Of a DNA stretch of 64,000 nt, positions 47,391-55,862 are shown piece by piece (the first letter of the stretch is position 1; each line of letters opens with the position of its first letter). Source of the DNA: Dehalococcoidia bacterium (GTDB taxonomy: Bacteria; Chloroflexota; Dehalococcoidia; Lucifugimonadales; Australimonadaceae). The DNA is taken from contig CBDFLP010000017.1 of NCBI GenBank assembly GCA_965249325.1, positions 1,001-65,000 on the forward strand. Direction: 5' to 3'. The notes beneath the pieces are model-generated. The model saw nothing but the letters and a program-made list of their open reading frames with translations, had not been told where the DNA came from and did no database searches. Position numbers and translations under genes: made by a program.

Positions 47391-48449
47391 CTACTCGACT
47401 ATCCCGTAAAGCCGCCCCGGGTTGTCCGCGAGAATCTTGTCCACCACTCGCGACTCCAGCAGGCCGCTGCCCTTCAGCGACTTCAGCGCCTCCAGCTCGC
47501 TCGACGTGTCCGAGTGGCCGTAGTCGGAGCCAATCATGAGGTTGTTCTCCGAGGCGTGCTCGAGAATGTACGGCAAGTCGTCGTTGGTCTGGCAGGCCAC
47601 GTACATGCGGTTCTCGCCGAGCACGTCGTCGCCAAGGCTCCAACCTTCCCGCTTCACACGGCGGTAGAGGTCGTTGAGGATGTAGGGGACCCAGTTCGCG
47701 GCGACCTCGACGAAGCCGAAGCGCAGACCGGGGAAGCGCTGCGGAACGCGCTTGAAAAGGAGGGAGTGGAACGAGCTGATGACCGGGAGCTTGTTGCGCG
47801 CGAACGCGTCGCCATCCGTCAGTTCGACGAACGCGGGATTGCCGCATCCGGCGTGGACGGTGATCGGCAGGTCGTTCTCGACGCAGGCCTCGTACAGCGG
47901 GTCGAAGTACTCGTCCGTGAGACGACGGTTGTTCTCGTAGCCGCGCGTGAAGACGCCGACGGCGCCGTTGTCCTTACCGAAACGCAGCTGCTCGGCGACC
48001 GCATCCATGGTGTCCAGGGGCGGCACGACGACCCAGCGGAGACGTCCGCCGCTCTGCGCCCAAACGTCCGCCATCCAGCGGTTGTAGCTCTTCGCCAGCG
48101 CCACCTCCACGTCCGGCCGCTCCGTTATCCGCGTAAGGTAGATCGTGGGATAGAGCACCTGCACGTCGACCCCCAGCTCGTCCATGTGAGCGAGCCGTGC
48201 GTCGATGTCGGCGAGGGACCGCGTCTGGAACGTGGTCTCCGAAAAGCCGGACATCTTCTCGGACGGCGCGCCGGTCGCGCTGGTGCCGAAGGGGCGCTGG
48301 CGGGCCCGGCCGTCGATGACCCACATGGGGCGGTCCGGACGGTCCGGGTTCTCGACCGCCTTGGGCTTGAACTCGATGTCCTGGGGGTCCAGGTACTCCC
48401 AGGTCTGTTCGCTTTCGATCACATGGCAGTCGGCATCGATTACGGGCAT
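47391..48449 (-). CDS. Amidohydrolase-2 family protein (ACMSD/decarboxylase-like)
   Basis: ATG at 48449 after AGGAGG (MPVIDADCHV...). C-terminal 'ILADNPGRLYGI'. The ORF-track N-extension runs through REP sequence and is rejected. Confidence 0.85.
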   Translation of the reverse strand: MPVIDADCHVIESEQTWEYLDPQDIEFKPKAVENPDRPDRPMWVIDGRARQRPFGTSATGAPSEKMSGFSETTFQTRSLADIDARLAHMDELGVDVQVLYPTIYLTRITERPDVEVALAKSYNRWMADVWAQSGGRLRWVVVPPLDTMDAVAEQLRFGKDNGAVGVFTRGYENNRRLTDEYFDPLYEACVENDLPITVHAGCGNPAFVELTDGDAFARNKLPVISSFHSLLFKRVPQRFPGLRFGFVEVAANWVPYILNDLYRRVKREGWSLGDDVLGENRMYVACQTNDDLPYILEHASENNLMIGSDYGHSDTSSELEALKSLKGSGLLESRVVDKILADNPGRLYGIVE

Positions 48450-48515
48450 CGCTATCGCCTCCTGAGCTGATGGCGCAAAGGTTACACCTTTCCAGCGCGC
48501 ATCCCCACCCCCAAC

Positions 48516-48830
48516 CCTCCCCGTCTGCTCAGGTCCCCTCTCCCGTCTGCGGGAGAGGGCTAGGGAGAGGGTCTGCGGGGGAGAGCTAGAGAGGGGGCCG
48601 CCCCACCCCCCAATCAACGCCACCGCCCCCGTCATCGCCACGCCCACCCGTCATTCCCGCGAAAGCGGGAATCCAGGACGCCCACTTTCCGTCATTCCCG
48701 CGCAGGCGGGAACCTCGCAGCGGCGCGACAAGCGGCGCGGTCCATCCCCCTCCCCCGTCTGCGGGGGAGAGTTAGAGAGGGGGCCGCCCCACCCGCCAAT
48801 CAACGCCCACCCACCCGTCATTCCCACCCC
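48516..48830. repeat. Densest REP cluster in the window (at least 4 family-B and 3 family-A units plus CCAATCAACGCC tails)
   Basis: For example cccgtctgcgggagagggctagggagagggtctgcgggggagagctagagagggggccgcccc; cgtcattcccgcgaaagcgggaatccagg (48649-48677); cgtcattcccgcgcaggcgggaacctcg (48690-48717). Confidence 0.8.
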
Positions 48831-48954
48831 CCCAACCACCGACACTTGCCCCTTACCCCAACCACCCTCACCCACGTAAAAATTAACGACAGACAGGCCC
48901 TGGGAAGCACGGCGACCCAGGGCCTTTTGCATCCCTGAAACAGAGGCTCCAACC

Positions 48955-50334
48955 ATGCCCTCACCCCAAGACGAGAACTACCTCCACGCCGTCTCCCGCG
49001 CCCTCCGATGCGGCAACCCTGATTGCCCGTGCGCCTCCGAGCCCCCGCGCCTCCATTGCCCCATCCACACGACCCCCGACGCCCCCACCCTCAGCGTCGA
49101 CTTCGACGACTACCTCGGCTTCACCTTCCAGTGCTCCTCCGACTCTTGCGACGACGCCCGCATCGCCTCCGCCCTCGCCAAACGCGGACTCGCCCCCGAC
49201 TCATGGCTCTTCACCCCTGCCGGAGCCCAAGAGAGCGGACTCCAGCCCGCGTCCCTCGTCACTCCCCACCCCCAAGACTGGCTCTGGCCCAACCGCATCC
49301 CCATGGGACGCCTCTCCCTCATCGCCGGATTCCCCTCCTCAGGCAAGACCGCCATCGCCCGCGACATCGCCGCCCGCGTCTCCCTCGGAGCACCCGCCCC
49401 CGACGACCCCAACGCATCTTTCGTCCGCGCCCCCGTCCTCATCGCGTCCCTCAACGGCGACCACGCCGCCCTCGACGTTCCCCTCCTCCGGGCCGCAGGC
49501 GCCGACCTCTCCCTCGTCTACTTCGCCGACACCCTCTCCCCCGAGCACCTCGCCGATCTCCCCGAAGGCCAGTTCCTCCCCGACTACGACGCCTTGGAGC
49601 GCCAAGCCAAGCTCCACGACAAGGTCCGCTCTTTAGAAGACCTCTGGCAGTCGCCCATGCCCGACGAGATGAAGCAACCCCTCAAGGTCCCCGACCGTCC
49701 GCCCTGGCCCGGAGTCGACCTCCTCTTGCGCCGCCTCTACAACCTCATCGTCCGCGGCGGCGTAGCCCTCCTCATCGTCGACCAGGTCGAAGACCTCGCC
49801 GCCCGCCACGCCGCCCAACCCTCCACTGTCCTCGGCAATCTCAACGGCCTCGCCGCGCGCACCGGCGCCGCCGTCCTCGCCATCGCCCACAACCCCGAGC
49901 CGGCGCTCCCCAAGGCCGCCCGCTCCATGGACGACGCCCCTCCCCCCATCCCCTACGCCCTCACCTCCACGACCGTCACCTGGCGCAAACCCATCCCGCC
50001 CTCACGCCTCCGCGCCCTCGTGGCTTCGGCGTCAGCCCCGCGCGCGACGGCTCCCTCACCACGTCTTCCCAAGCAGGCCGCCGCGCGCCGCTACCTCCGC
50101 CGTGCCCTCGCCAAAGGCCCGCAACCCGCCTCCCGCATCAAGCAGGACGCCAAAGCTCGCGGCATCTCCAAACGCCAGCTGGAACGAGCCCGCGCCTTCC
50201 ACAACGTCGTCACCACCCGCGCCCGGTCCAACGGCTCCGACAAGAAGCTGTGGTGCTGGACCTTGCCCCTCCCCCTCCGTCATTCCCGCGCAGGCGGGAA
50301 TCCAGAGTTGGATTACACGGGACCCGCCAGATGA
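48955..50334 (+). CDS. CHC2-like Zn-finger plus RepA/AAA_25-like ATPase (mobile-element replication/primase-helicase-type protein)
   Basis: 'CGNPDCPC...LHCPIHTTPDAPTLSV' resembles the primase CHC2 finger. Walker A 'GFPSSGKT' and Walker B-like 'ALLIVDQVEDL'. C-terminal basic HTH-like region. The last 15 codons run into a REP-A unit. Confidence 0.7.
   Translation: MPSPQDENYLHAVSRALRCGNPDCPCASEPPRLHCPIHTTPDAPTLSVDFDDYLGFTFQCSSDSCDDARIASALAKRGLAPDSWLFTPAGAQESGLQPASLVTPHPQDWLWPNRIPMGRLSLIAGFPSSGKTAIARDIAARVSLGAPAPDDPNASFVRAPVLIASLNGDHAALDVPLLRAAGADLSLVYFADTLSPEHLADLPEGQFLPDYDALERQAKLHDKVRSLEDLWQSPMPDEMKQPLKVPDRPPWPGVDLLLRRLYNLIVRGGVALLIVDQVEDLAARHAAQPSTVLGNLNGLAARTGAAVLAIAHNPEPALPKAARSMDDAPPPIPYALTSTTVTWRKPIPPSRLRALVASASAPRATAPSPRLPKQAAARRYLRRALAKGPQPASRIKQDAKARGISKRQLERARAFHNVVTTRARSNGSDKKLWCWTLPLPLRHSRAGGNPELDYTGPAR
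50277..50305. repeat. REP family A unit inside the 3' end of the ATPase ORF
   Basis: ccgtcattcccgcgcaggcgggaatccag, translated as 'RHSRAGGNPE'. Confidence 0.75.
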
Positions 50335-50342
50335 AACAAGAA

Positions 50343-50562
50343 AGTCTCGAATGGGGAACTTTCGAGACTCGGGAAGCAGGCCACGGCCATGAAAACCCCC
50401 TCCAGAACCCCTGTCTTACCCCTCGATTTCGGGGAACTTTCACGCCTGATCAACATGCAAACGGGGAACTTTTCACTCGTAGCCAAAATGCGGTGGGGAA
50501 CTTTTTCACTCCTAACGAAAGTAAGCTGGGGAACTTTTTTCACCCAAACGGGGAACTTCCCC
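50343..50562 (+). repeat. Iteron-like array: six direct GGGGAACTT(T)n copies, four at 32-33 bp spacing
   Basis: Copy starts are 50353, 50431, 50463, 50495, 50528 and 50550. Copies 2-5 read GGGGAAC-T3/T4/T5/T6-CAC. Copy 1 straddles the loop and 3' arm of a 9-bp perfect inverted repeat (agtctcgaa / ttcgagact). Confidence 0.8.
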
Positions 50563-50578
50563 TACCCAGCCCTCCGCC

Positions 50579-50645
50579 GCCGCCCGTCTGCGGGCAGGCC
50601 AGCCTGATTCCCTCCCCCGTCTGCGGGAGAGGGCCGAGGGGTGGC
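50579..50645. repeat. REP family B, two units
   Basis: ccgcccgtctgcgggcagg and ccctcccccgtctgcgggagagggccgagggg. Confidence 0.65.
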
Positions 50646-50713
50646 GTGACGAGAGAGGCGCTGATATGACAATGGAGCGCACAGCAGGCCCTCAACCCCC
50701 TAGGAGGATTTCA

Positions 50714-52306
50714 ATGGCAAAGCCACGCATCGCGGTGTTCTCGGGCCCACGTTCGACAATTGCGAACACGCCCACCCTGGTAACGAGCAACAAGGGGCGC
50801 AGCGCGGACGAGCCCCAATTGGAAGGGCGGTTCGACCATCTGGCGCCGCAGCGCCTGCACGAACCCGTACGGGTGCGCATCGAGAAGTTCAGCGCGCATC
50901 CCTTGGAGTCCGACGCCGCCGAGGTCTACCACGACGACGGCAAGCCGTACTACGAGGTGGAGCTGCGCCCGGAGGATGGCGCGTATCTCCTGCCCTACGT
51001 GGCGCGCCGCGCCGACGGCTCAGACGACGGCGCGCCGTTCGAGGACGCCGATGTGCGCGATGCCAGTATCGGCTACGGGGGGCGGCAGTCGTTCTTCCCC
51101 GATGCGTCGCGGCTGTTCGAGGAGATCGACCGCGGGCTGAGCGGCCGCGGCCACGATGGGGCGGCGAGCGAACTGGACCGGCTCGGAGACTACGACTTCG
51201 TACGGGTATTGCCTCCGGCGGGCTACACGAAGCAGGGCGAAACGGCGGGCCGGGACTTCTTCCCGTACAGCCCGCGCCCCATCGGCAAGTTCCTGCCGAA
51301 CGCCGCGATGGCCCGCGCCGTCAACATCGTGCAGCAGACCATCGACTCCGGGCGCTACGACGGCTTCATCTGGCTGGAGGGCAGCCCCCACGTGGAGGAG
51401 ACCCTCTACTGGCTCAGCCTCGTGCTCGACACTTCCCTCCCCTTCGTCGGCATATCGTCGCAGCGTGCCCACGGGACGCTCGCCAACGACGGCGACCGGA
51501 ACATTGTGGACGCGGCGCGCTACATCGCGTCCGGACTCGGCGAGGGGCTGGGGGCCGTCGGCATCGTGGACGAGCAGATATTCGCGGCGCGCACGTTCAA
51601 GAAGGGCGACGCGCGTCCGGGCGGCTATCGAGCGACGGGCGGGCACGGCGGGGTGCTCGGCAGCGCGGGCGAGGAGGTGCGCGTCTGGTTCCGTCCCGCG
51701 TACCGGACGACTGGCTCGTCCGAAGTCGCTCTCAAGAGCCTGCCCGCCGAGGTCGTCTTCCAGGAGTACGGCGACAGCCCGGAAACGACGAGCGTGCGCA
51801 TCAAGGACGAGGACGGCTCGCTGCGCGGCGACGCCATCGCGCCGGTGCATATGGTGAAGTACGCCCACTACATGGCGGAGGAGGACACGGCGGACCCGGA
51901 CGTGGAGGTCGACATCATGGCCCGCATCCAGCGCGGCATCGAGCAGCAAGCGTCGGATGAGCCGGGCGCTCCTCGGCTCCACGGGTTCGTGCTCGAAGGC
52001 GCAGCGGGCACCGGCTCATCGCTGCCAAGCCAGCTGGCGGCGCTCGCCATCGCGGTCTACCACGGCATGCCCGTAGCCCGCGTGGGCCGGGGCGACCCGG
52101 AGGGCGCGATGCCCTCCAACCCGAACGATCTGACGATAGAGGGAAGCAACCTGGACGCGATCAAGGCGCGGGTGCTGCTACGGGCGGCGATGCTGAAGCT
52201 GGGGCCCTTGCCCAAGGCGCGCGACCCCCGCAACCCAACGCCCCAGGAACGCAAGGCGTCGCTCACGGCAATCGCCCGCTATCAGGAGATATTCGACACG
52301 CACTAA
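50714..52306 (+). CDS. Atypical asparaginase/glutaminase-fold protein (about 530 aa)
   Basis: ATG at 50714 after TAGGAGGA. 'PRIAVFSGPRSTIANTP' and 'GFIWLEGSPHVEETLYWLSLVLDTSLPFVGISSQR' parallel the asparaginase N-domain motifs. Large insertions are present. Confidence 0.6.
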   Translation: MAKPRIAVFSGPRSTIANTPTLVTSNKGRSADEPQLEGRFDHLAPQRLHEPVRVRIEKFSAHPLESDAAEVYHDDGKPYYEVELRPEDGAYLLPYVARRADGSDDGAPFEDADVRDASIGYGGRQSFFPDASRLFEEIDRGLSGRGHDGAASELDRLGDYDFVRVLPPAGYTKQGETAGRDFFPYSPRPIGKFLPNAAMARAVNIVQQTIDSGRYDGFIWLEGSPHVEETLYWLSLVLDTSLPFVGISSQRAHGTLANDGDRNIVDAARYIASGLGEGLGAVGIVDEQIFAARTFKKGDARPGGYRATGGHGGVLGSAGEEVRVWFRPAYRTTGSSEVALKSLPAEVVFQEYGDSPETTSVRIKDEDGSLRGDAIAPVHMVKYAHYMAEEDTADPDVEVDIMARIQRGIEQQASDEPGAPRLHGFVLEGAAGTGSSLPSQLAALAIAVYHGMPVARVGRGDPEGAMPSNPNDLTIEGSNLDAIKARVLLRAAMLKLGPLPKARDPRNPTPQERKASLTAIARYQEIFDTH

Positions 52307-52442
52307 GGGGTGAAGGAGCACGCTAGGAGTTGAACCAGCCCCACAACCGGGCGAGGCGTGACTTGGGGGGAGGCTTCGGTTGGGCCGCGCGGCGCTGACC
52401 TTCCGCGCGCAATTCGTGCGATAGCATCTCGTCGGCCTGCGG

Positions 52443-52547
52443 CTACTGTTTCTTGATTCCGTAGAGCGCCCTGGCGCTGTCGCCGAGGCCCATCCGGTGC
52501 AGCCGCTCAGCGGCAGCAGATTTCCAGTCTCGCGGGCCGTGGTGCAT
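52443..52547 (-). pseudogene. Possible amidohydrolase C-terminal remnant (34 codons)
   Basis: '...MGLGDSARALYGIKKQ*' resembles the family C-terminus (compare ILADNPGRLYGI). A GGAGG precedes the ATG. Confidence 0.25.
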
Positions 52548-52613
52548 ACGGAGCCTCCATGTACCGCCACCCATTGTACGCCGGGGAATGTTCTGCCCCG
52601 GGAGAGGAGCCAG

Positions 52614-52661
52614 CCCCCTCCCCCCACCCTCCCCCGCGAATGGGAGAGGGTGAAAGGCGGG
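52614..52661. repeat. REP variant (ccctcccccgcgaatgggagagggtgaaaggcgggg)
   Basis: Hairpin ccctc.../...gagggt with a GCGAATGG loop. Confidence 0.5.
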
Positions 52662-52701
52662 GTTGTGGTCTGCAAGAGAGTTGTGGCAGGAGATGCGTCG
52701 G

Positions 52702-53694
52702 CTACGAGGCGCCGAAGCGCGGGAAGCACTCGCGGGCAACGGTCTCGAAGACGTTGGCCCGGTCTTCGTCAGTCAGCCAGTCGATGTCCTCGATGACGGG
52801 CTTGAGGTCGTCGAGCCAGAGGCCGGTGTTGGGGTCCTTCGAAGAGCCGGTGCCGGGCCGCTCGGTGCCGAACATGCAGCGGTCGGTCCCCACGATCTTG
52901 AAGAGCAGCTCGAGGCCCTCCTTGTTGTAGAGGACGGAGTCGAAGTAGAGCTTCTTGAGGCTCTCGTCGAACGGGACCACGTTCGGACGGCGCCAGCGGA
53001 GCGCGCGCCAGCGTCCGATCTGGTAAGGGATCGAGCCGCCGCCGTGACACATGATGATCTTCAGGCTGGGGAAGTCGTCGTAGACGGTGGAGTCGCACAG
53101 GGAGACCGTCTGGATGCTCTCCTCGGTGATGAAGTGGCCGGTGTAGGACTCGCGGACATTCTTGCAGGAGGCGGAGTGAACGAAGGCCGGGACGTCGTAC
53201 TTCACCATGCGCTCGTAGAGGGGGTACCAGTACTGGTCGCCCATCGGCGGGGTGTCGTTGTCCATGCCCTCGGAAGGGTCAGGGTTGATCATGATGCCGA
53301 TGAACCCGAGATCGTTGACGCAGCGGTCGACCTCTTCGAGAACGACGTCAACCGGCTCGCCATGCAGCTGGGGCAGGCCCGCGACGCCCTGGTAGCGGTT
53401 GGGGTACATCTCGACGGTCTTGGCGATGAGGTCGTTGTTCGCCATGCAGAAGGCCTCGACGAGGCTGCCGGGCTTCTCGGAGTGCATGAGTTGGAACGGT
53501 CGGGGTGACAGGAATTGCATGTCCGTGCCGACGGCGTCCAACACCGTGGAGATGTGGTTCTCCACGACGGCCCTTAGCTTCTCGTCCGGTAGGCCGCCCC
53601 AATGGCTGTATGCGCCGCGGCTGGAGAGTAGTCCAGCCTTGTAGGCGTAGAGCTCAGGCGGGGCGTTCAGGTGTCCATGGATGTCGATAATCAT
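52702..53694 (-). CDS. Amidohydrolase-2 family protein (non-oxidative decarboxylase/hydratase-like)
   Basis: 'MIIDIHGHL' HxH motif, 'FVHSAS' and 'IIMCHGGGSIPYQIGR'. Confidence 0.88.
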   Translation of the reverse strand: MIIDIHGHLNAPPELYAYKAGLLSSRGAYSHWGGLPDEKLRAVVENHISTVLDAVGTDMQFLSPRPFQLMHSEKPGSLVEAFCMANNDLIAKTVEMYPNRYQGVAGLPQLHGEPVDVVLEEVDRCVNDLGFIGIMINPDPSEGMDNDTPPMGDQYWYPLYERMVKYDVPAFVHSASCKNVRESYTGHFITEESIQTVSLCDSTVYDDFPSLKIIMCHGGGSIPYQIGRWRALRWRRPNVVPFDESLKKLYFDSVLYNKEGLELLFKIVGTDRCMFGTERPGTGSSKDPNTGLWLDDLKPVIEDIDWLTDEDRANVFETVARECFPRFGAS

Positions 53695-53796
53695 AAGCGT
53701 CTCCTCGCTTCTCGGTGTGGTCGAGCCATGCGAATGCTAGCACGTTGGAGACTTGGTAGGATTCCGGCCATCCCGGAAGGACGAGGAGAGGCGCAG

Positions 53797-54578
53797 ATGC
53801 TGCTTGAAGGCAAGGTTGCGGTGGTGACCGGGAGCGGGCCGAATATCGGGGGCGAGATCGCCAGGACCCTCGCAGGCGCAGGCGCAAAGTGGTATGCGTC
53901 GATTTCCTCGACGACCGAGCGGACGTGGCCGCGTCATCGGTCCGTGAATTGGGCGGGGACGCAATAGGCGTCAGCGCGGACATCTCCTCGCCCGCGGGCG
54001 TTGAAGAGGTCTTCCGGGCGACGGACGACGCCTATGGGCGCGTCGACATCCTCGTGAACAACGCCGCCGTCAACAACGAGGCGGGGATCCTCGACATCGA
54101 CTACGAGAAGTGGAAGTGGGTGCAGTCCGACATCATGGATGGAACGATGCTGTGCAGTCAGCAGGCCGCCCGCCGCATGGTGGCGCAGGGCGAGGGCGGG
54201 GCCATCGTCAACCCCGCCTCGACCACCGGCCACCGGGGCAAGGCGGGGTTCATCGCGTACTCAGCGTCGAAAGGGGCGGTGCTGCAGATGACGCGGACGA
54301 TGGCGATCCAGCTGGGGCCGCACGGCATCCGCGTGAACTCGATCACGCCGACGCAGACGGGGTCGAGCCGCGGCACGACGCCCGGCGGCAGCACCGCGCC
54401 GCGCGCCGCAAAGCCGAAGAACATTCCGCTAGGCAGGTGGGGCGAGCCCTCCGACCAGGCGCAGGCCGTGCTCTTCCTGGCGTCGCCCATGTCAGCCTAC
54501 GTCACCGGAGAGAACATCAACGTCGACGGGGGCCTGTTGGCGCTGTTCCCATCGGAGCGCGGCCCGCTGGAGACGTAG
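53797..54578 (+). pseudogene. SDR-family oxidoreductase interrupted by a 1-nt frameshift near 53886-53891
   Basis: Frame 1 reads MLLEGKVAVVTGSGPNIGGEIARTLAGAGAK. Frame 0 then reads VVCVDFLDDR...NNAAV...YSASKGAV...GENINVDGG. The junction is at gcAAAGtgg. Confidence 0.8.
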
Positions 54579-54582
54579 GGGG

Positions 54583-54924
54583 CTAGGCGTCCGGAACTAG
54601 CGGCTCCAGCTGGATGATGAGCATGGGGAGGTCATCCTGGATGGTCTGCCATACGAGCGCCCAGTTCACGTCGAAGTAATCGTGAACGACGCGGTTTCTC
54701 ATGCCAACCATCCTGCGCCACTCGATGTCGGGGCTGGCTTCCCGAGTGCTGTCGTCCAACTGGGAGGCCGCCTCTCCGATGGTGGTAATCGCATTGAGGA
54801 CTGCGTTCTGATGCAGCCTGCTCTGGATGAGGGCGACGAACGTCATGCCATTCACGAATGAAACGGCTTCACGGGCGGCCAACAGCATATCGGCAAGATA
54901 GGCCCTGTCGTCATGCTGCGTCAT
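54583..54924 (-). CDS. hepT: HepT-type HEPN (DUF86) toxin
   Basis: 'RNRVVHDY' R-x4-H motif. 113 aa. Overlaps the upstream mntA by 14 nt. Confidence 0.85.
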   Translation of the reverse strand: MTQHDDRAYLADMLLAAREAVSFVNGMTFVALIQSRLHQNAVLNAITTIGEAASQLDDSTREASPDIEWRRMVGMRNRVVHDYFDVNWALVWQTIQDDLPMLIIQLEPLVPDA

Positions 54925-55228
54925 AGACCACCTGAGCCGATTCCAGGATGGGCCTGCGCCGGTAAGGGTTCCGGCTGTTCTCAACAGCCACCCAATCGAC
55001 CAGGTCTGCCTTGCGGCCGAATATCTCGGTGAGCTCGTCCTCCATCTCGTCGAGGTGATGGAGCTTATGCCGGGCATCGGGGCTGAAGCGGACGAGCACA
55101 TCCACGTCGCTCTCCGACCTGAAGTCGTCGCGCAGAACGGAGCCGAAGAGAGCGAGCTGCGTAATCCGCCAGCGCTCGCAGAACGCCGCGATGTCATTGT
55201 GGGGTATGGGGATTCTAGGCTCCGCCAT
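54911..55228 (-). CDS. mntA: MntA-type nucleotidyltransferase antitoxin
   Basis: 'LALFGSVLRDDFRSESDVDVLV' GSx10DxD motif. ATG at 55228 after GGAGG. Confidence 0.85.
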   Translation of the reverse strand: MAEPRIPIPHNDIAAFCERWRITQLALFGSVLRDDFRSESDVDVLVRFSPDARHKLHHLDEMEDELTEIFGRKADLVDWVAVENSRNPYRRRPILESAQVVYDAA

Positions 55229-55281
55229 CGTCACGCCTCCGTTGCTCGCCACCTGAACCGCCGCCTCCCGTCCTCCTCGCC

Positions 55282-55704
55282 CTACTCCGGCTCGGCCCAG
55301 GGATTGTAGCTGCCCATGTGCCAGAGCTGGCCCTCGGGGTCGCGGACGGAGAACAGGCTCCCGCCGTAAAACTGCTCCTCGAGTTCCATGACGATGTTCG
55401 CGCCGGCGGCTTTCACTCGCTCGTAATGCGCCTCGATGTCGCTGACGACGACGAGGGCGCACTGGGTGAGGAGAGCGTCGGGGGCGGGGGCGACGACGAT
55501 GTCGCCTGCGTCGTCCCGGTAGGAGCCGAGCATGACCATGCCGTTACCGAGTTTCAGCTGGGCATGGGCGACGCCGCCTGCGCCGTCCGGGACGACGAGG
55601 TGACGCTCGAACCCCAAGACGTCGCAGAGCCAGTCGATAGCGGCGAAGGCGTCGCGGTACCGCATGCCGGGGATGATGTTGCCCTTCAGGTCTGCCTGGT
55701 TCAT
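55282..55704 (-). CDS. VOC-family protein (PhnB/glyoxalase-like)
   Basis: 'GMRYRDAFAAIDWLCDVLGFE' and 'HAQLKLGNGMVMLGS' motifs. Confidence 0.8.
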   Translation of the reverse strand: MNQADLKGNIIPGMRYRDAFAAIDWLCDVLGFERHLVVPDGAGGVAHAQLKLGNGMVMLGSYRDDAGDIVVAPAPDALLTQCALVVVSDIEAHYERVKAAGANIVMELEEQFYGGSLFSVRDPEGQLWHMGSYNPWAEPE

Positions 55705-55862
55705 CGAGGCCTCCTACGGAGTCTTGTGATTGAGCGGTCGGCCCCGCTTCTTGGGTTCCCGAGGGGGAACGACGAGAGTGAGGTCCGTCAGCCGCGTAAG
55801 TTTCCAACGGGGCGGGCGCAGGGGCAAGACGCCCCTGCCACAACGTCTCCCGATCGGTGAAG

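Noticed and set aside
50389-50607. 72-aa ORF across the GGGGAAC-T(n) array.
   Set aside because: Its sequence (GNFS/GTFS/GTFF/GNFP) is just the repeat translated. No RBS. Better explained as non-coding iteron-like DNA.
49023-50669. 548-aa ORF (Pro/Arg-rich) overlapping the ATPase gene in another frame.
   Set aside because: Low-complexity P/R translation is typical of an off-frame read through C-rich, high-GC coding DNA. The overlapping frame has real Walker motifs.
53886-53891. Programmed -1 ribosomal frameshift at A-AAG in the SDR gene.
   Set aside because: There is no full X-XXY-YYZ heptamer and no obvious downstream stimulatory structure. SDRs are not known to use recoding. A simple 1-nt deletion or sequencing error is more parsimonious.
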